This document shows positions 27,369 through 37,020 of a DNA stretch of 64,000 nucleotides, in pieces (within the stretch, counting starts at the first letter, position 1; each line of letters opens with the position of its first letter). The notes under the pieces are model-generated. The model was not told the DNA's origin. It did not search any database and saw only the letters and a list, made by a program, of their open reading frames with translations. A program made the translations under genes and the position numbers. This stretch comes from a virus (taxonomy: Duplodnaviria > Caudoviricetes). The stretch is taken from the IMG/VR virus record IMGVR_UViG_3300022899_000001, positions 1-64,000 of that record. One strand, 5' to 3'.

Positions 27369-28916
27369 ATGATTCAAAACGGCGTTTGGCGCCCTGACTT
27401 GTTTCCACGTCAATTCGACCTGTTGCGCGAGTGCCGCAAGCGCGATGGGATGCGGAAGTTCATTCTCGCCAGTGGTCCGCGCTGGTCAGCCAAAAGCCGG
27501 GCGTGCTGGGAAGCAATCGTTGACCACGCTTGGAACGTCAAACACGCCTCGATTTGCATTCTGGCCAAGTCCATCACGTCTGGCAGCAGTTCCGGACATT
27601 GGAACATGATAACCGAGCAGATTGTCCCCGAATGGATTGCCGGCGACTTCGGATTCAACTGGGCGCCAATGGGCATAGGCCGGTGGAAGAACGAGTTGGC
27701 CACGCCACGGCAGGACGGCACGACCAAGAAACTGTTTTGCCGAGTCCGCAACAAGTTTGGCGGCAGTTCACGTCTGGAATTAAACTCCCTGATGGACGAG
27801 CGTGACGTGGAAGGCTTCTTCAAAGACCGCTACTTCTCTATGATTTACTGGCCGGAGCTTTCCGAGTACGAAGATTTCAAGACGTTTGACACGTTGAAGC
27901 ACGCCTTGCGCTGTCCTGGTGTAGCGGAGGAAGATCATGTGTTGCTGGCCGACACCAACCCGTCCAACAAGAAGCATTTCGCTTACAAGGAATGGTACGA
28001 GCTTCGGACGGCTGACCCGGAGGATTTACCAGAGGAACAGCGACCGCGCCAGAAGCACCTTCGCCTTCTCGAATTCACGCTCGACGACAATCTTTCCCTG
28101 AGCGAACAGCGTAAGAAAGATATTCTGGCGGATTTCTCCTACGATCCGCAGGTTCTTGCGCGATACGGTTACGGTCGGTGGACGGATGCGGACACGGGCG
28201 GTTTGTTCACAGGCACATTCCTGCCAGCCATTCACATTGTCGGCGACGAACACGATCCTGACACCGAGATTTTAATTCCACAGGATGGGTGTTCGGAATT
28301 GCTGTGCGGTTGGGACATCGGCGGAACGAATAGCGCAATGGCGATGGCTGAGCAGATTTATCCCGGCGATCCTGGCGTGCCAGAATCATCCGTCTTCAAA
28401 TTCATTGACGAGGAAGTTGTCATTGGTGAACGGCTATCTGTCGCGGAGTTCACTGAGCTTGCGCTGGAAAAAATAAATCTATGGGAAGCGTGGATTGGTA
28501 AGCCTGTAATGTGGGTTCATTGGAGCGACCGCAGCGCGTTCGACCGATGGGAGCCAATCTCCAAGACGTATCACCATCAGGAAGTGTATGCTGCCAGTGG
28601 TGGGAAAATCATTCTGCAAAGCGTTCATCAAGGCCGCGAGAGTGTCGCGCAACGAGTTCGCCTGTGGAAGAAGTTGTTGTTTCAGCAACGGCTCTTGTTC
28701 TCTGCGGCGAGATGTCCGAAGCTGATTGAGATGAACAGGCTTATCAAATGCGGGAAACATCCCTATTCTATAAGCAGCCAGAGTGAGTACAAGCACATCT
28801 TCGACGCCGCGAGTTACTTGGTCATACGCCAGTGTTGGACCGAATTGGAAAACCTTGTGTCAGGCATCAACACTGCCGATAGTGGCGATGCGCGATTGGT
28901 TTCGGTTAGGCTATGA
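27369..28916 (+). CDS. terL: Terminase large subunit
   Basis: GPRWSAKS Walker A variant, YWPE at the Walker B position, DTNP coupling motif, RNase H-like nuclease GWDIGG...WSDRS...HIFDAASY. Confidence 0.85.
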   Translation: MIQNGVWRPDLFPRQFDLLRECRKRDGMRKFILASGPRWSAKSRACWEAIVDHAWNVKHASICILAKSITSGSSSGHWNMITEQIVPEWIAGDFGFNWAPMGIGRWKNELATPRQDGTTKKLFCRVRNKFGGSSRLELNSLMDERDVEGFFKDRYFSMIYWPELSEYEDFKTFDTLKHALRCPGVAEEDHVLLADTNPSNKKHFAYKEWYELRTADPEDLPEEQRPRQKHLRLLEFTLDDNLSLSEQRKKDILADFSYDPQVLARYGYGRWTDADTGGLFTGTFLPAIHIVGDEHDPDTEILIPQDGCSELLCGWDIGGTNSAMAMAEQIYPGDPGVPESSVFKFIDEEVVIGERLSVAEFTELALEKINLWEAWIGKPVMWVHWSDRSAFDRWEPISKTYHHQEVYAASGGKIILQSVHQGRESVAQRVRLWKKLLFQQRLLFSAARCPKLIEMNRLIKCGKHPYSISSQSEYKHIFDAASYLVIRQCWTELENLVSGINTADSGDARLVSVRL

Positions 28917-29398
28917 ACAAAGTTAGACTCTGCGCCTCACTCCTTATCGCCGCCTTCGGCTCAAACCCGTTCCGTCGTGATTTCTGGCGACGCCTCGGAA
29001 AAGCGGTGAAGCTCTGGTTTGGTGGATTGAAGGAAGGCGGCAAAGTAAGCGATGAGATTTACGAAAAGCGCATTGCCGCCTGCCGCCAATGCCCGATCAG
29101 TTTTCAGAAGTTCGGACTGCTGACGTGTGGCTCTCCGTTGGTGAAGGAACTGCGAGACAAGGGCTGTTTTTGCGATATGGTGACGGCTGCAAGGCTGACG
29201 GAAAAGACCTGTTGGCTGGACACAGAAACAGACTTGGATTTCGGCTGGCGCAGAGTCTTTGGCAGTGCGCAGACTTCGGCACCACCGCCTGACGAGAATC
29301 CACCGCCATCCGACGCCGAAAACAAACCCACGGCTACACTGTCTTTGGTCAACCCTCCCGTGTATGTTGGCACCGCTGGTTCAAAAACGCCAGAATAA
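28913..29398 (+). CDS. Cys-rich (Zn-binding) hypothetical protein
   Basis: RIAACRQCP...TCG...GCFC...CW pattern common in phage structural regions. Confidence 0.6.
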   Translation: MNKVRLCASLLIAAFGSNPFRRDFWRRLGKAVKLWFGGLKEGGKVSDEIYEKRIAACRQCPISFQKFGLLTCGSPLVKELRDKGCFCDMVTAARLTEKTCWLDTETDLDFGWRRVFGSAQTSAPPPDENPPPSDAENKPTATLSLVNPPVYVGTAGSKTPE

Positions 29399-32300
29399 TG
29401 CCAACCCGCCAAGCCATTCTCGATGCCGTCTTCGCGTTCAAGCAGGCTGGCGGCACAGTTATCGTCGTCGCACCGCGAGCTAGCGGTGTCTTGCAGGGAT
29501 TCGACCTCGCCGAACGCATTGCCACAGGCGGTTTCTTCATCAACGCCAGCGATTCAACTTCGGCTGACACGTTGCTGCAACTCAATTATCTTAAGAAACT
29601 GCTGTGCGCAGGCTCGTGCGTTGATCCAGGAGACAGGCACGAGAATCTTCCGGCTATGGACTACGCGACGTTTGTGAACTGGGAGATTGTCGAAGGCAGC
29701 GTCAACCTGCTTGGTCCGGGCTTACGCGATTTCCTTCCCGGCAACGGGCTTTACATCGAGTTATCCGGCCAGTCGCATACTGTCATCCGAACAATAGACA
29801 CGTTCGACGTGGTTGCTGGCCAGACGTACTTGATCTCGTTCAAAGCCGCTGGCAACCAGCAATCGGAAGCCTCGCAATCCATCACGGTATCGCTGCGGGT
29901 TGGCGATACGAAGGTATTTGAGCAAACGGTGTTCCCAGCGTGGAACGACGTGTTCCAGACCTACAACTTCAATTTCACTGCGGCGTTTGACGCCCCTGTT
30001 CGCATCTACTTCGAGCAGAATTACGCTGGCACAATTGTTCCCGGCACGATGCTGGACGACATCTTGTTCAAGAACGGTGGAACAACGTTGCTGGAGGACA
30101 ACTTCGATGACGAGAACCTGACTTACATTCCGCCTGCCTGCGGGGAGAGTGGTGCACTCGACGAAGTTGCCGATCCTGATGCTCCGGTTGTGGCGCCAGA
30201 AACGACTGGCGGTGCCGCCGCGCCATTACCATTCACTGAGGCGTACGTTTATTCGCTCACGGCGGTAACAAACGAAGGCGAGACGGCTGAGGTTCTTTGT
30301 TCGGTTGATCCTGAACCACCTTCTGCGGATGAGGCGGGCGACGTTAATCGCATCACTTGGGCGGCTGCGTCCTCGCCACGGATTGTCGCTTGGCGTCTGT
30401 GGCGTTCGTTGGGTGAGGATTTGTCAGGCTGGTCCGGCCCGACCGCGCCGCGCTATCTTCTGGCTCAACTGCCGGCAAATCAGACGACATACATTGACAG
30501 TGAGCATATCGCGGAGTTCACCGCCCGCTACGAATCTTCTGTGACGGCGCCGACGGTCAACACCACGGCGGTTGCGGCTGGCGGGTTGGGTTACGGATAT
30601 GCGTCATGCTGTGATTATTACTCAGTGTCCGGGACGGAGGAAGGTGACTTGATTGTGCCGGGAGAACCTGGAGGTCCACCAGCCAACGCCACCGTCACCG
30701 ACGAAAGCAACGGCGGTAGCGACCCAACCATTGGAGTATGGCTCATCTGTGATGGAGACTTGGGAACATTGTGGGCAGGCAACGTTTCAGTTGATCCAGC
30801 TTGGGTTAAGTTTGAGTTCGCAAATGCCAAACTCATACAGGAATATCGGATCACGCCGGATTTGGACACCAACCCCGCCGCTTGGACCGCACCGCAAGCG
30901 TGGGTTCTGGAGGGAAGCAACAACGATTCAGATTGGACTGAGATTGATTCGCAATCCGGCGTAGGCGGATGGGCGCACCTTGTGGCTCAATCATTCTCCG
31001 TGTCGCCTGTGGATTCCTACAAGTTTTTCCGGTTCACATTCACCGAGACAACTGATGCCCTTGTTCCAGAGGTAGGAATTGCTGAGTTGCAATTTACCGG
31101 CAACCCGGATGTGTTGGAATTTGTAAACAACTGCCCTGAATGCCTCAAGGAAGTTCCTGGCACGCAGGTTGCCGATCCGACGCCGTTGGCCGACATCGAA
31201 AGCGGGTTCAATCCGCCTGTGATTTATTCCAGCACCAAGTCGGTTGATGTTGGTTGTCCTGTCGGATTCGCCAATGCGCCGACTGCGAACATTGTTCCCG
31301 TGATGACAAGCGCATCCGCACCGTCTGGCACGGTGATTTCCAGCGCGGGCGAGGCAGTGGGCTTCGAGGCATGGCGTGTCTTTGACGACGATCCCGATAC
31401 CTACATGGATTTGGTCGGCACAATCACCGGCTACGTCGGCTACCTCAACACCGTCACGAAGATTGCAACGAGTTACAGGTTGACAGCCCGTTCGGATTAC
31501 ACGCTCGGCACTCCCAAGGCATGGACATTCGAGGGCAGCAACGACGGTTCGACATGGGACGTGCTGGATACGCGCTCGAACATCATGTGGTTCGCCGGCC
31601 AGACACAAACTTTTAGCTTTCCTAATTCAACTAGCTACCTCTATTATCGCCTGAATGTCTCGACCAACGTGTCCGGCGACGCCAGTTCCAATCTTTCATT
31701 GGCCGGTCTTGAGATTTTCGGTGCCAGTGCGGCAACTGCCCACGGTGAAGCGACCGCGACTTCAAGCATTTCTCAACAGGATGCGGACACCAAGGCTACG
31801 GCTGCGGCCACTGCCGCAGCGCAGGCGCAGTTGAATTGCGTTGTCGTCTTTACCTCGACGCAATCGGCGCAAAGCACGCCTTGCCCGATTGGAAGTTACG
31901 GTGGTCCGCCTGTCACGAAGTCAGCCACGGCAACCAGCTACAATTCGCAAGCGGAAGCGGATGCTCTTGCCACTGCCGCAGCGCAGGCGCTCGCGGATGA
32001 AGGCAGGGATTGTCTGCAAAGCAACAACACGAGTGGGGTTACGATTGGTGATTTGGCAAATGGTGTGCCTTATCCTTCTGTTTCCTACATCGCCGCTGCC
32101 GGCGTCATCACAAACGTCCAAGTCAACCTCAACGGACTAACGCATCCGACGCCCGACGATCTTCGCATCCTCCTAGTGAGTCCGTCAGGGACCGGAGTGT
32201 GGCTGATGAAGGATTGCGGAGGAACAAACGGCCTGAGCAACGTCAATCTTGTGTTCGACGACACGGGCGGTGCGCTGCCGGATTCAACTCAGATCACGTC

Positions 32301-32490
32301 CGGCACTTACGCGCCGACGATCTTTGGTGGAAATCAATTGCCGAATCCGCCTGCTCCACAAAATCTTCCGTCGCTCACGCTCGCGGCTTTTGCGGGAGAG
32401 GATAGGCAAGGTTCGTGGGCGCTCTACATTTCCGACGATTTGGTTGTTGGCGCTGGTAGCGTCGCCTCGTGGTCGTTGATATTCACTTGA
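29398..32490 (+). CDS. Multidomain tail/receptor-binding protein: CBM-like, two F5/8C (discoidin), DUF5977-like repeats, proprotein-convertase P domain
   Basis: P..W..EGS..GS.W..D motifs twice; SQQDADTKA / SQAEADALA repeats; V.V.LNGLTHPTPDDLRILLVSPSG...GSWALYISD...W.L.F P-domain. Confidence 0.75.
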   Translation: MPTRQAILDAVFAFKQAGGTVIVVAPRASGVLQGFDLAERIATGGFFINASDSTSADTLLQLNYLKKLLCAGSCVDPGDRHENLPAMDYATFVNWEIVEGSVNLLGPGLRDFLPGNGLYIELSGQSHTVIRTIDTFDVVAGQTYLISFKAAGNQQSEASQSITVSLRVGDTKVFEQTVFPAWNDVFQTYNFNFTAAFDAPVRIYFEQNYAGTIVPGTMLDDILFKNGGTTLLEDNFDDENLTYIPPACGESGALDEVADPDAPVVAPETTGGAAAPLPFTEAYVYSLTAVTNEGETAEVLCSVDPEPPSADEAGDVNRITWAAASSPRIVAWRLWRSLGEDLSGWSGPTAPRYLLAQLPANQTTYIDSEHIAEFTARYESSVTAPTVNTTAVAAGGLGYGYASCCDYYSVSGTEEGDLIVPGEPGGPPANATVTDESNGGSDPTIGVWLICDGDLGTLWAGNVSVDPAWVKFEFANAKLIQEYRITPDLDTNPAAWTAPQAWVLEGSNNDSDWTEIDSQSGVGGWAHLVAQSFSVSPVDSYKFFRFTFTETTDALVPEVGIAELQFTGNPDVLEFVNNCPECLKEVPGTQVADPTPLADIESGFNPPVIYSSTKSVDVGCPVGFANAPTANIVPVMTSASAPSGTVISSAGEAVGFEAWRVFDDDPDTYMDLVGTITGYVGYLNTVTKIATSYRLTARSDYTLGTPKAWTFEGSNDGSTWDVLDTRSNIMWFAGQTQTFSFPNSTSYLYYRLNVSTNVSGDASSNLSLAGLEIFGASAATAHGEATATSSISQQDADTKATAAATAAAQAQLNCVVVFTSTQSAQSTPCPIGSYGGPPVTKSATATSYNSQAEADALATAAAQALADEGRDCLQSNNTSGVTIGDLANGVPYPSVSYIAAAGVITNVQVNLNGLTHPTPDDLRILLVSPSGTGVWLMKDCGGTNGLSNVNLVFDDTGGALPDSTQITSGTYAPTIFGGNQLPNPPAPQNLPSLTLAAFAGEDRQGSWALYISDDLVVGAGSVASWSLIFT

Positions 32491-32493
32491 GCC

Positions 32494-34335
32494 GTGGCCG
32501 ACAAATTCTCAACCTTTCCGATGCGGTCGCTCGAACGCGCAATCTTTGATGCGCGATATACCGCAGACAGCAAGCCCTTGGGCGCCTTCGCATGGAAACA
32601 ATGCTTCGCTGTCATTGATGGCAAGCTCGCCCGCTCGAAAGGATTTGGTAAGCCGTTCCTGCCGTGCTGCCGAAACAGTGACTACCACAGTCAACCCGGC
32701 GAGCGCGAACCGATCACGTTGCAATTTCCATCCGTCGCCAACGACAACAGCCGCCGTCTGTTCATCGGAACGAAAACCCGAATCGCAGTGCTCGACGAGA
32801 CTGCCGGTGATTACACAATTCTCGGCTCAGGCTTTGGTGCCGATGGAAACTCCAGTCTGACGCAAGTGCGTTTCCACGCTTCCGAACTTCAAAACGTCGT
32901 GGTGTTCACAAACGGGTTTGATCTCGTTCAGTATCACGAGATTGCTTCGGGCACACTTCAGCCAATCCCCGATCTGGCCAATGCCGGCGAGGATCACGAC
33001 AGCAACGTTGTGCCAGTCATGGCGGCAGAAGTCACGGTCAGTTGGCAAGGCTTCGAGTTCCTGATGAACACGTTGGAAGGCACCGAACGCTTTGCTTCGC
33101 GCATTCGCTGGTCCGACTTGAACCGGCCCTTGCTCTGGACGCCCGGCCAAGCAGCGGTTGATGGCATTGATCCCATCTGTGGGTTTCAAGACCTCGATTA
33201 CGGAGAGGTGATATTGGCCGCCATCCCATTCGGTGGTGCGCTCTACGTGTTCACCGACAAATCCATCTGGAAATGCACCATCACGATTGACGCCACACAG
33301 ACCGATCCAGCCGAAGTCGTCACGCTATCCTGCTCCAAAATCTACACTGAACCCAAGAACCAAGCCAAATGCCTCGCCTACCGCAACGCCATCGTGAATG
33401 ACGGCACGGCGTTCTGGTATGCCGGTCGTGATGGCATCTACCGTTTCAAGCCCGGTTACACCGCCGAACCTGAGCGCGTGGAATGGCTACATCGCTCGAC
33501 CAAAATCATCTTACCGACCGAGGACGGCCCGCCGCCGCCCGCCACGCAGATTGACAAACGCGCCTGCCAGTCGCCCGTCATGGAGTTCTTCCCAGCCACA
33601 GATGAATTACACTTCTCCTGGCCTGTGGCGCCACCCGCTGAAACGGACGTGCCTGATTGCGAGAACTACGTGCCTGCCGCGCCAACTCCCGGCGAAGGGT
33701 TGAACTGGCATACGCTCGTGGCCAATACCAAGTTCGAGACGGCTGACTACCGGCCTTACGGCGCCACCTCCTATGCAAACTTCAGGTCAGATACCGCCGC
33801 GCAAGGCAACTGTAATCAGGCCATCCTGCGGTTGATGGCGGCTTCCCGCGATTTCACCCTGAAACAGATGGACGACCGCAATGGCTGGGAGTTCTACAAC
33901 CCGTCCAATGATGCCTACACAATCGAAGGCTACTACTCCATCCTGCGCGGTGTGTTTCCCTTTGAGAAATTTGATGTGGACAAGATTTTGAAGTCGTTCC
34001 TTGTGGAACTGACGCCGGATGATCCTACTGACACAGCTTTGATTGCCTGCCGCATCGGTGTCTCATACGAGTCATTGGATCCCAATGCCGCCAATGGAAG
34101 GTGTGAAGTGTTGTGGAAACCGCTGACGAGCAAGCCGATTAAGTGTCGGAATAATTACACGGCGGATGAGTACAATGCGATGGGTGTCCAGCCCTACGGT
34201 CCCGTTAAGTGGGCGTTCCTAAGACGCGGAAAAATACTTTACTACGAGGTCACAATCATCGCTTCCGATGGGACAGCGCCTATCGCTGGCGGCTGCTCTG
34301 CCAGCAGATTTGAAGTAACTGCGAAATTGAGTTAG
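32494..34335 (+). CDS. Tail tubular/DNA-stabilisation protein (P22 gp10-like beta-propeller)
   Basis: IRWSDLN.P..W...G...EVILAAIPFGGALYVFTDKSIW pattern. Confidence 0.7.
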   Translation: MADKFSTFPMRSLERAIFDARYTADSKPLGAFAWKQCFAVIDGKLARSKGFGKPFLPCCRNSDYHSQPGEREPITLQFPSVANDNSRRLFIGTKTRIAVLDETAGDYTILGSGFGADGNSSLTQVRFHASELQNVVVFTNGFDLVQYHEIASGTLQPIPDLANAGEDHDSNVVPVMAAEVTVSWQGFEFLMNTLEGTERFASRIRWSDLNRPLLWTPGQAAVDGIDPICGFQDLDYGEVILAAIPFGGALYVFTDKSIWKCTITIDATQTDPAEVVTLSCSKIYTEPKNQAKCLAYRNAIVNDGTAFWYAGRDGIYRFKPGYTAEPERVEWLHRSTKIILPTEDGPPPPATQIDKRACQSPVMEFFPATDELHFSWPVAPPAETDVPDCENYVPAAPTPGEGLNWHTLVANTKFETADYRPYGATSYANFRSDTAAQGNCNQAILRLMAASRDFTLKQMDDRNGWEFYNPSNDAYTIEGYYSILRGVFPFEKFDVDKILKSFLVELTPDDPTDTALIACRIGVSYESLDPNAANGRCEVLWKPLTSKPIKCRNNYTADEYNAMGVQPYGPVKWAFLRRGKILYYEVTIIASDGTAPIAGGCSASRFEVTAKLS

Positions 34336-34348
34336 GGGCGACGACACC

Positions 34349-35053
34349 TTACTCAATGCAGAGCGGCATTTGATCTTTCTCCACGGTCTTTGGGATATAG
34401 CCTTCCATTCGTGCTCTCGACATCTCGAATGCGATGGGATCATTCTCAAACGCCACATAATCCACATTCAACGTTTTGGCGGCGTTCAACGTGGCGCCAC
34501 CGCCGCAAAACGGTTCAAGTAAAACAGCAGGCCGAATCGGTTTATATTTCCGAGAATGCTGGTCATCTCCAAGGCAATAAGAAATGACGTAACGAGCTGA
34601 GCCTTCGTCCTGTCCCCAGTTGTGAAATCGTTTGTCCGGTCCCTGACCATTGTAGGTGGACACCATGTTGGGAACGATTATCGCGGCCGGTCCTTTTGAC
34701 CACATCAGGATTGGCTTGCTGGCATTGAGAATTTTACGCGGCCAAATGATGGGCTTGTCTCTCGTATTCAGTGTTTCGATTTTGAAGTAATAGGAAAGTC
34801 CGCTGGCACTCGCCATTGAGAAGATACGGTCCAAGTAAAGGCTGCTGGCGATGAAACAACAGAATCCTCCGGGTTTGAGAACGCGCATGGCTTCACAACA
34901 AAGCCATCCGTAAAGTGGAATGAATTCTTTCGGGTAAGGAGGGTCAGTGAATATCATGTCCACCGATTCATCGGGGATGTCTTTTGACAGTTCACGCGCA
35001 TCGCCAAGCGTGATGGAGTTCAAATCGTATGGTCCGAGTTGTTTCATAATCAA
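34349..35053 (-). CDS. DNA N6-adenine/N4-cytosine methyltransferase (beta-class motif order)
   Basis: VDMIFTDPPY (motif IV) precedes LLEPFCGGG (motif I). Confidence 0.85.
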   Translation of the reverse strand: MIMKQLGPYDLNSITLGDARELSKDIPDESVDMIFTDPPYPKEFIPLYGWLCCEAMRVLKPGGFCCFIASSLYLDRIFSMASASGLSYYFKIETLNTRDKPIIWPRKILNASKPILMWSKGPAAIIVPNMVSTYNGQGPDKRFHNWGQDEGSARYVISYCLGDDQHSRKYKPIRPAVLLEPFCGGGATLNAAKTLNVDYVAFENDPIAFEMSRARMEGYIPKTVEKDQMPLCIE

Positions 35054-35160
35054 AGTTTCCCCCGCCGCGTCACGCTACACAGCGCAACATCCCGTGCAGC
35101 GTATGCCTACCCCGATACGGCTATCGGTTGTTTTGTTCTGCCGGGTCACGGCGGGGAAAG

Positions 35161-35403
35161 TCATTCAGCCTCCAACACTTTCTGCGCTAAGGCATCCATT
35201 GAAATGCGACCCTCTGAATCTTTGATGTATCGAAGCGCAGTTTGATGCCTTGTCTCTCCCGGCCACTTGCGGGCAACCGCCATGATAAGTTCATTGTAAT
35301 TACGTTCAAGTTCACGGTGTTGTTGCTCCACAAGTTCGATCAATTCAACCGCGTCGGCTGTGCGGTAGAAGCCTTCACTCCTGAGTTCTTTTGGTGTTTT
35401 CAT
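35161..35403 (-). CDS. Phage hypothetical protein
   Basis: WPGETRHQTALRYI motif recurrent in phage small proteins. Confidence 0.65.
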   Translation of the reverse strand: MKTPKELRSEGFYRTADAVELIELVEQQHRELERNYNELIMAVARKWPGETRHQTALRYIKDSEGRISMDALAQKVLEAE

Positions 35404-35584
35404 TGATTCGCTTCACACAGATTCCACCAATCCTTCGCGCTTCCAAGTAATAAGGCAGGGCGTCAAAGCTGATGTGTGTGATTCCTCGGTGCGCGTTTGC
35501 GATATACCAGAACGGATCGCCAACTGGGTCTGGATTTACCAATACGCCAAAACCTTCTGCCCTGAGTTCGGAGGCGGTTTTCAT
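35375..35584 (-). CDS. Small hypothetical protein
   Basis: MKTASELRAEGF start at 35584, ATGA-coupled. Confidence 0.55.
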   Translation of the reverse strand: MKTASELRAEGFGVLVNPDPVGDPFWYIANAHRGITHISFDALPYYLEARRIGGICVKRINENTKRTQE

Positions 35585-35808
35585 TCGATTGATCTGAACC
35601 ACACCCGGAACTCGTCCAGTGTTTTGAATCCGTCTATGGCAACCATGCCTTCGGTCGTGTTGATGCCAAGGCGCTCAAGCCAGAGTTGGACTCGACCAAG
35701 TTCCATAGGCTTCGGTCTGCGAATCCAGATGCCCGTGTCCTGATGGTACGCACCGCGATAGTCGCGGATGGCGTTGGACAGCTTTCTGAGTTTATCGGTT
35801 CGGCTCAT
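35581..35808 (-). CDS. Small hypothetical protein
   Basis: Coupled on both sides. Confidence 0.6.
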   Translation of the reverse strand: MSRTDKLRKLSNAIRDYRGAYHQDTGIWIRRPKPMELGRVQLWLERLGINTTEGMVAIDGFKTLDEFRVWFRSIE

Positions 35809-37019
35809 ATAATCTCGATTCTTTTTCCGGGTATTAAAAACTTCCCGCCCGCATCCAGATAGTTCTGATTCTTGCTAATGATTTCGTCCTTGAAATTGCC
35901 ACTGAAGATAATCGCATAATCCGGCTTCTGCTTCATCAGTTCTGATTCCGGCACAATCGGGATGGAAGTCCCCGGACTGAACTTCCCCTGCTTGTTCGGC
36001 GTGCAATCGCAGATGAATTTGATCTCGTTGTGAGTGAATCCGCAGGCCGAAATCCAGACGGTTGATTTCGCAGATGCGCCAAAACCAGCAATCGTCTTAC
36101 CCGTTCGTTTGGCCGATCTCAGGCCAAGCAAGTCCTCTACTTTGAATCGCAGATGATTGATTGCGGCGTGAGCATCGTTGCTGAATGTCTGCCATGATTG
36201 TTCGGTGATGTTCTCAGACGGAATTGAGTCAGGGTATTTCTCGCAGTCATTTCTCCTGAGAAGGAAAACGATTGAGCCTCCCATGATGTCAAAATTCCGA
36301 ACCGCGTGAAGGTGGAACACCGTGCCTTTCAGGAGATGCTCGATGGATGAGATTGAGACGTAGGACAAATGTTCGTGGTATGCCGTCTCCCATTGGACTT
36401 TACTGAGCATGTCAACCAAGGACGGCACCTCAATGGCGATAAGTGTGTCCTTTCTTGCGATCACCCCAAGGTTATTGATGAACTCGCTCCAATCATTCAC
36501 ATGCGCGAATACATGGCGGGCAATAATGACATTAGGTATTGGCACAACGCCACCGACGATGTTCGCGCTGTAAGAATCGAACAGGCCAACAATCGTGGTG
36601 ATGCCATCCTTCGTCGCGAGTTCTGCAAGGTTGCCAGCCGGGTCAACGCCGCACACTCGTTCTGCGCCATTCGCCAGAGCGAACTTCAAAAATGCGCCCG
36701 TGTTGCTGCCAATCTCAATCACCGATTCCACTGGCGATTTCTGTTTGATGAACGCCCACAGCGACTCGAAATGAGCGAGCATGGTTGCGCTCTCAGAAGT
36801 TCGGTAACTGTATCCAGAATATAAAATCTCCGGTGAGACAACCTCGCGAAGTTGCGCCAATTGACAACGCTCGCACCAAAGCAGCGTCAATGGAACGTAG
36901 CCATCTTGTTCTTCGCCTTCGGCCTTGAATGAGTTGGCGAGAGGCATGGGCGGCAGAGAGAATACTTCGCGCAATGATGGATTTCCGCAAGCGCGACAGG
37001 TTGTTCGGATCGAGAAAAT
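35805..37019 (-). CDS. NDP-sugar C-methyltransferase (Zn-binding N-terminus, class I SAM core, C-terminal domain)
   Basis: CRACG...MPLANSF...LLWCERCQLAQL, VIEIGSNTG, ARHVFAHV, YHEHLSY, GFGASAKST..CDCTPNKQG...PDYAIIF; CRACG lies upstream of the tracked TTG, so an ATT start at 37019 is proposed. Confidence 0.85.
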   Translation of the reverse strand: MFSIRTTCRACGNPSLREVFSLPPMPLANSFKAEGEEQDGYVPLTLLWCERCQLAQLREVVSPEILYSGYSYRTSESATMLAHFESLWAFIKQKSPVESVIEIGSNTGAFLKFALANGAERVCGVDPAGNLAELATKDGITTIVGLFDSYSANIVGGVVPIPNVIIARHVFAHVNDWSEFINNLGVIARKDTLIAIEVPSLVDMLSKVQWETAYHEHLSYVSISSIEHLLKGTVFHLHAVRNFDIMGGSIVFLLRRNDCEKYPDSIPSENITEQSWQTFSNDAHAAINHLRFKVEDLLGLRSAKRTGKTIAGFGASAKSTVWISACGFTHNEIKFICDCTPNKQGKFSPGTSIPIVPESELMKQKPDYAIIFSGNFKDEIISKNQNYLDAGGKFLIPGKRIEII

Positions 37020-37020
37020 A

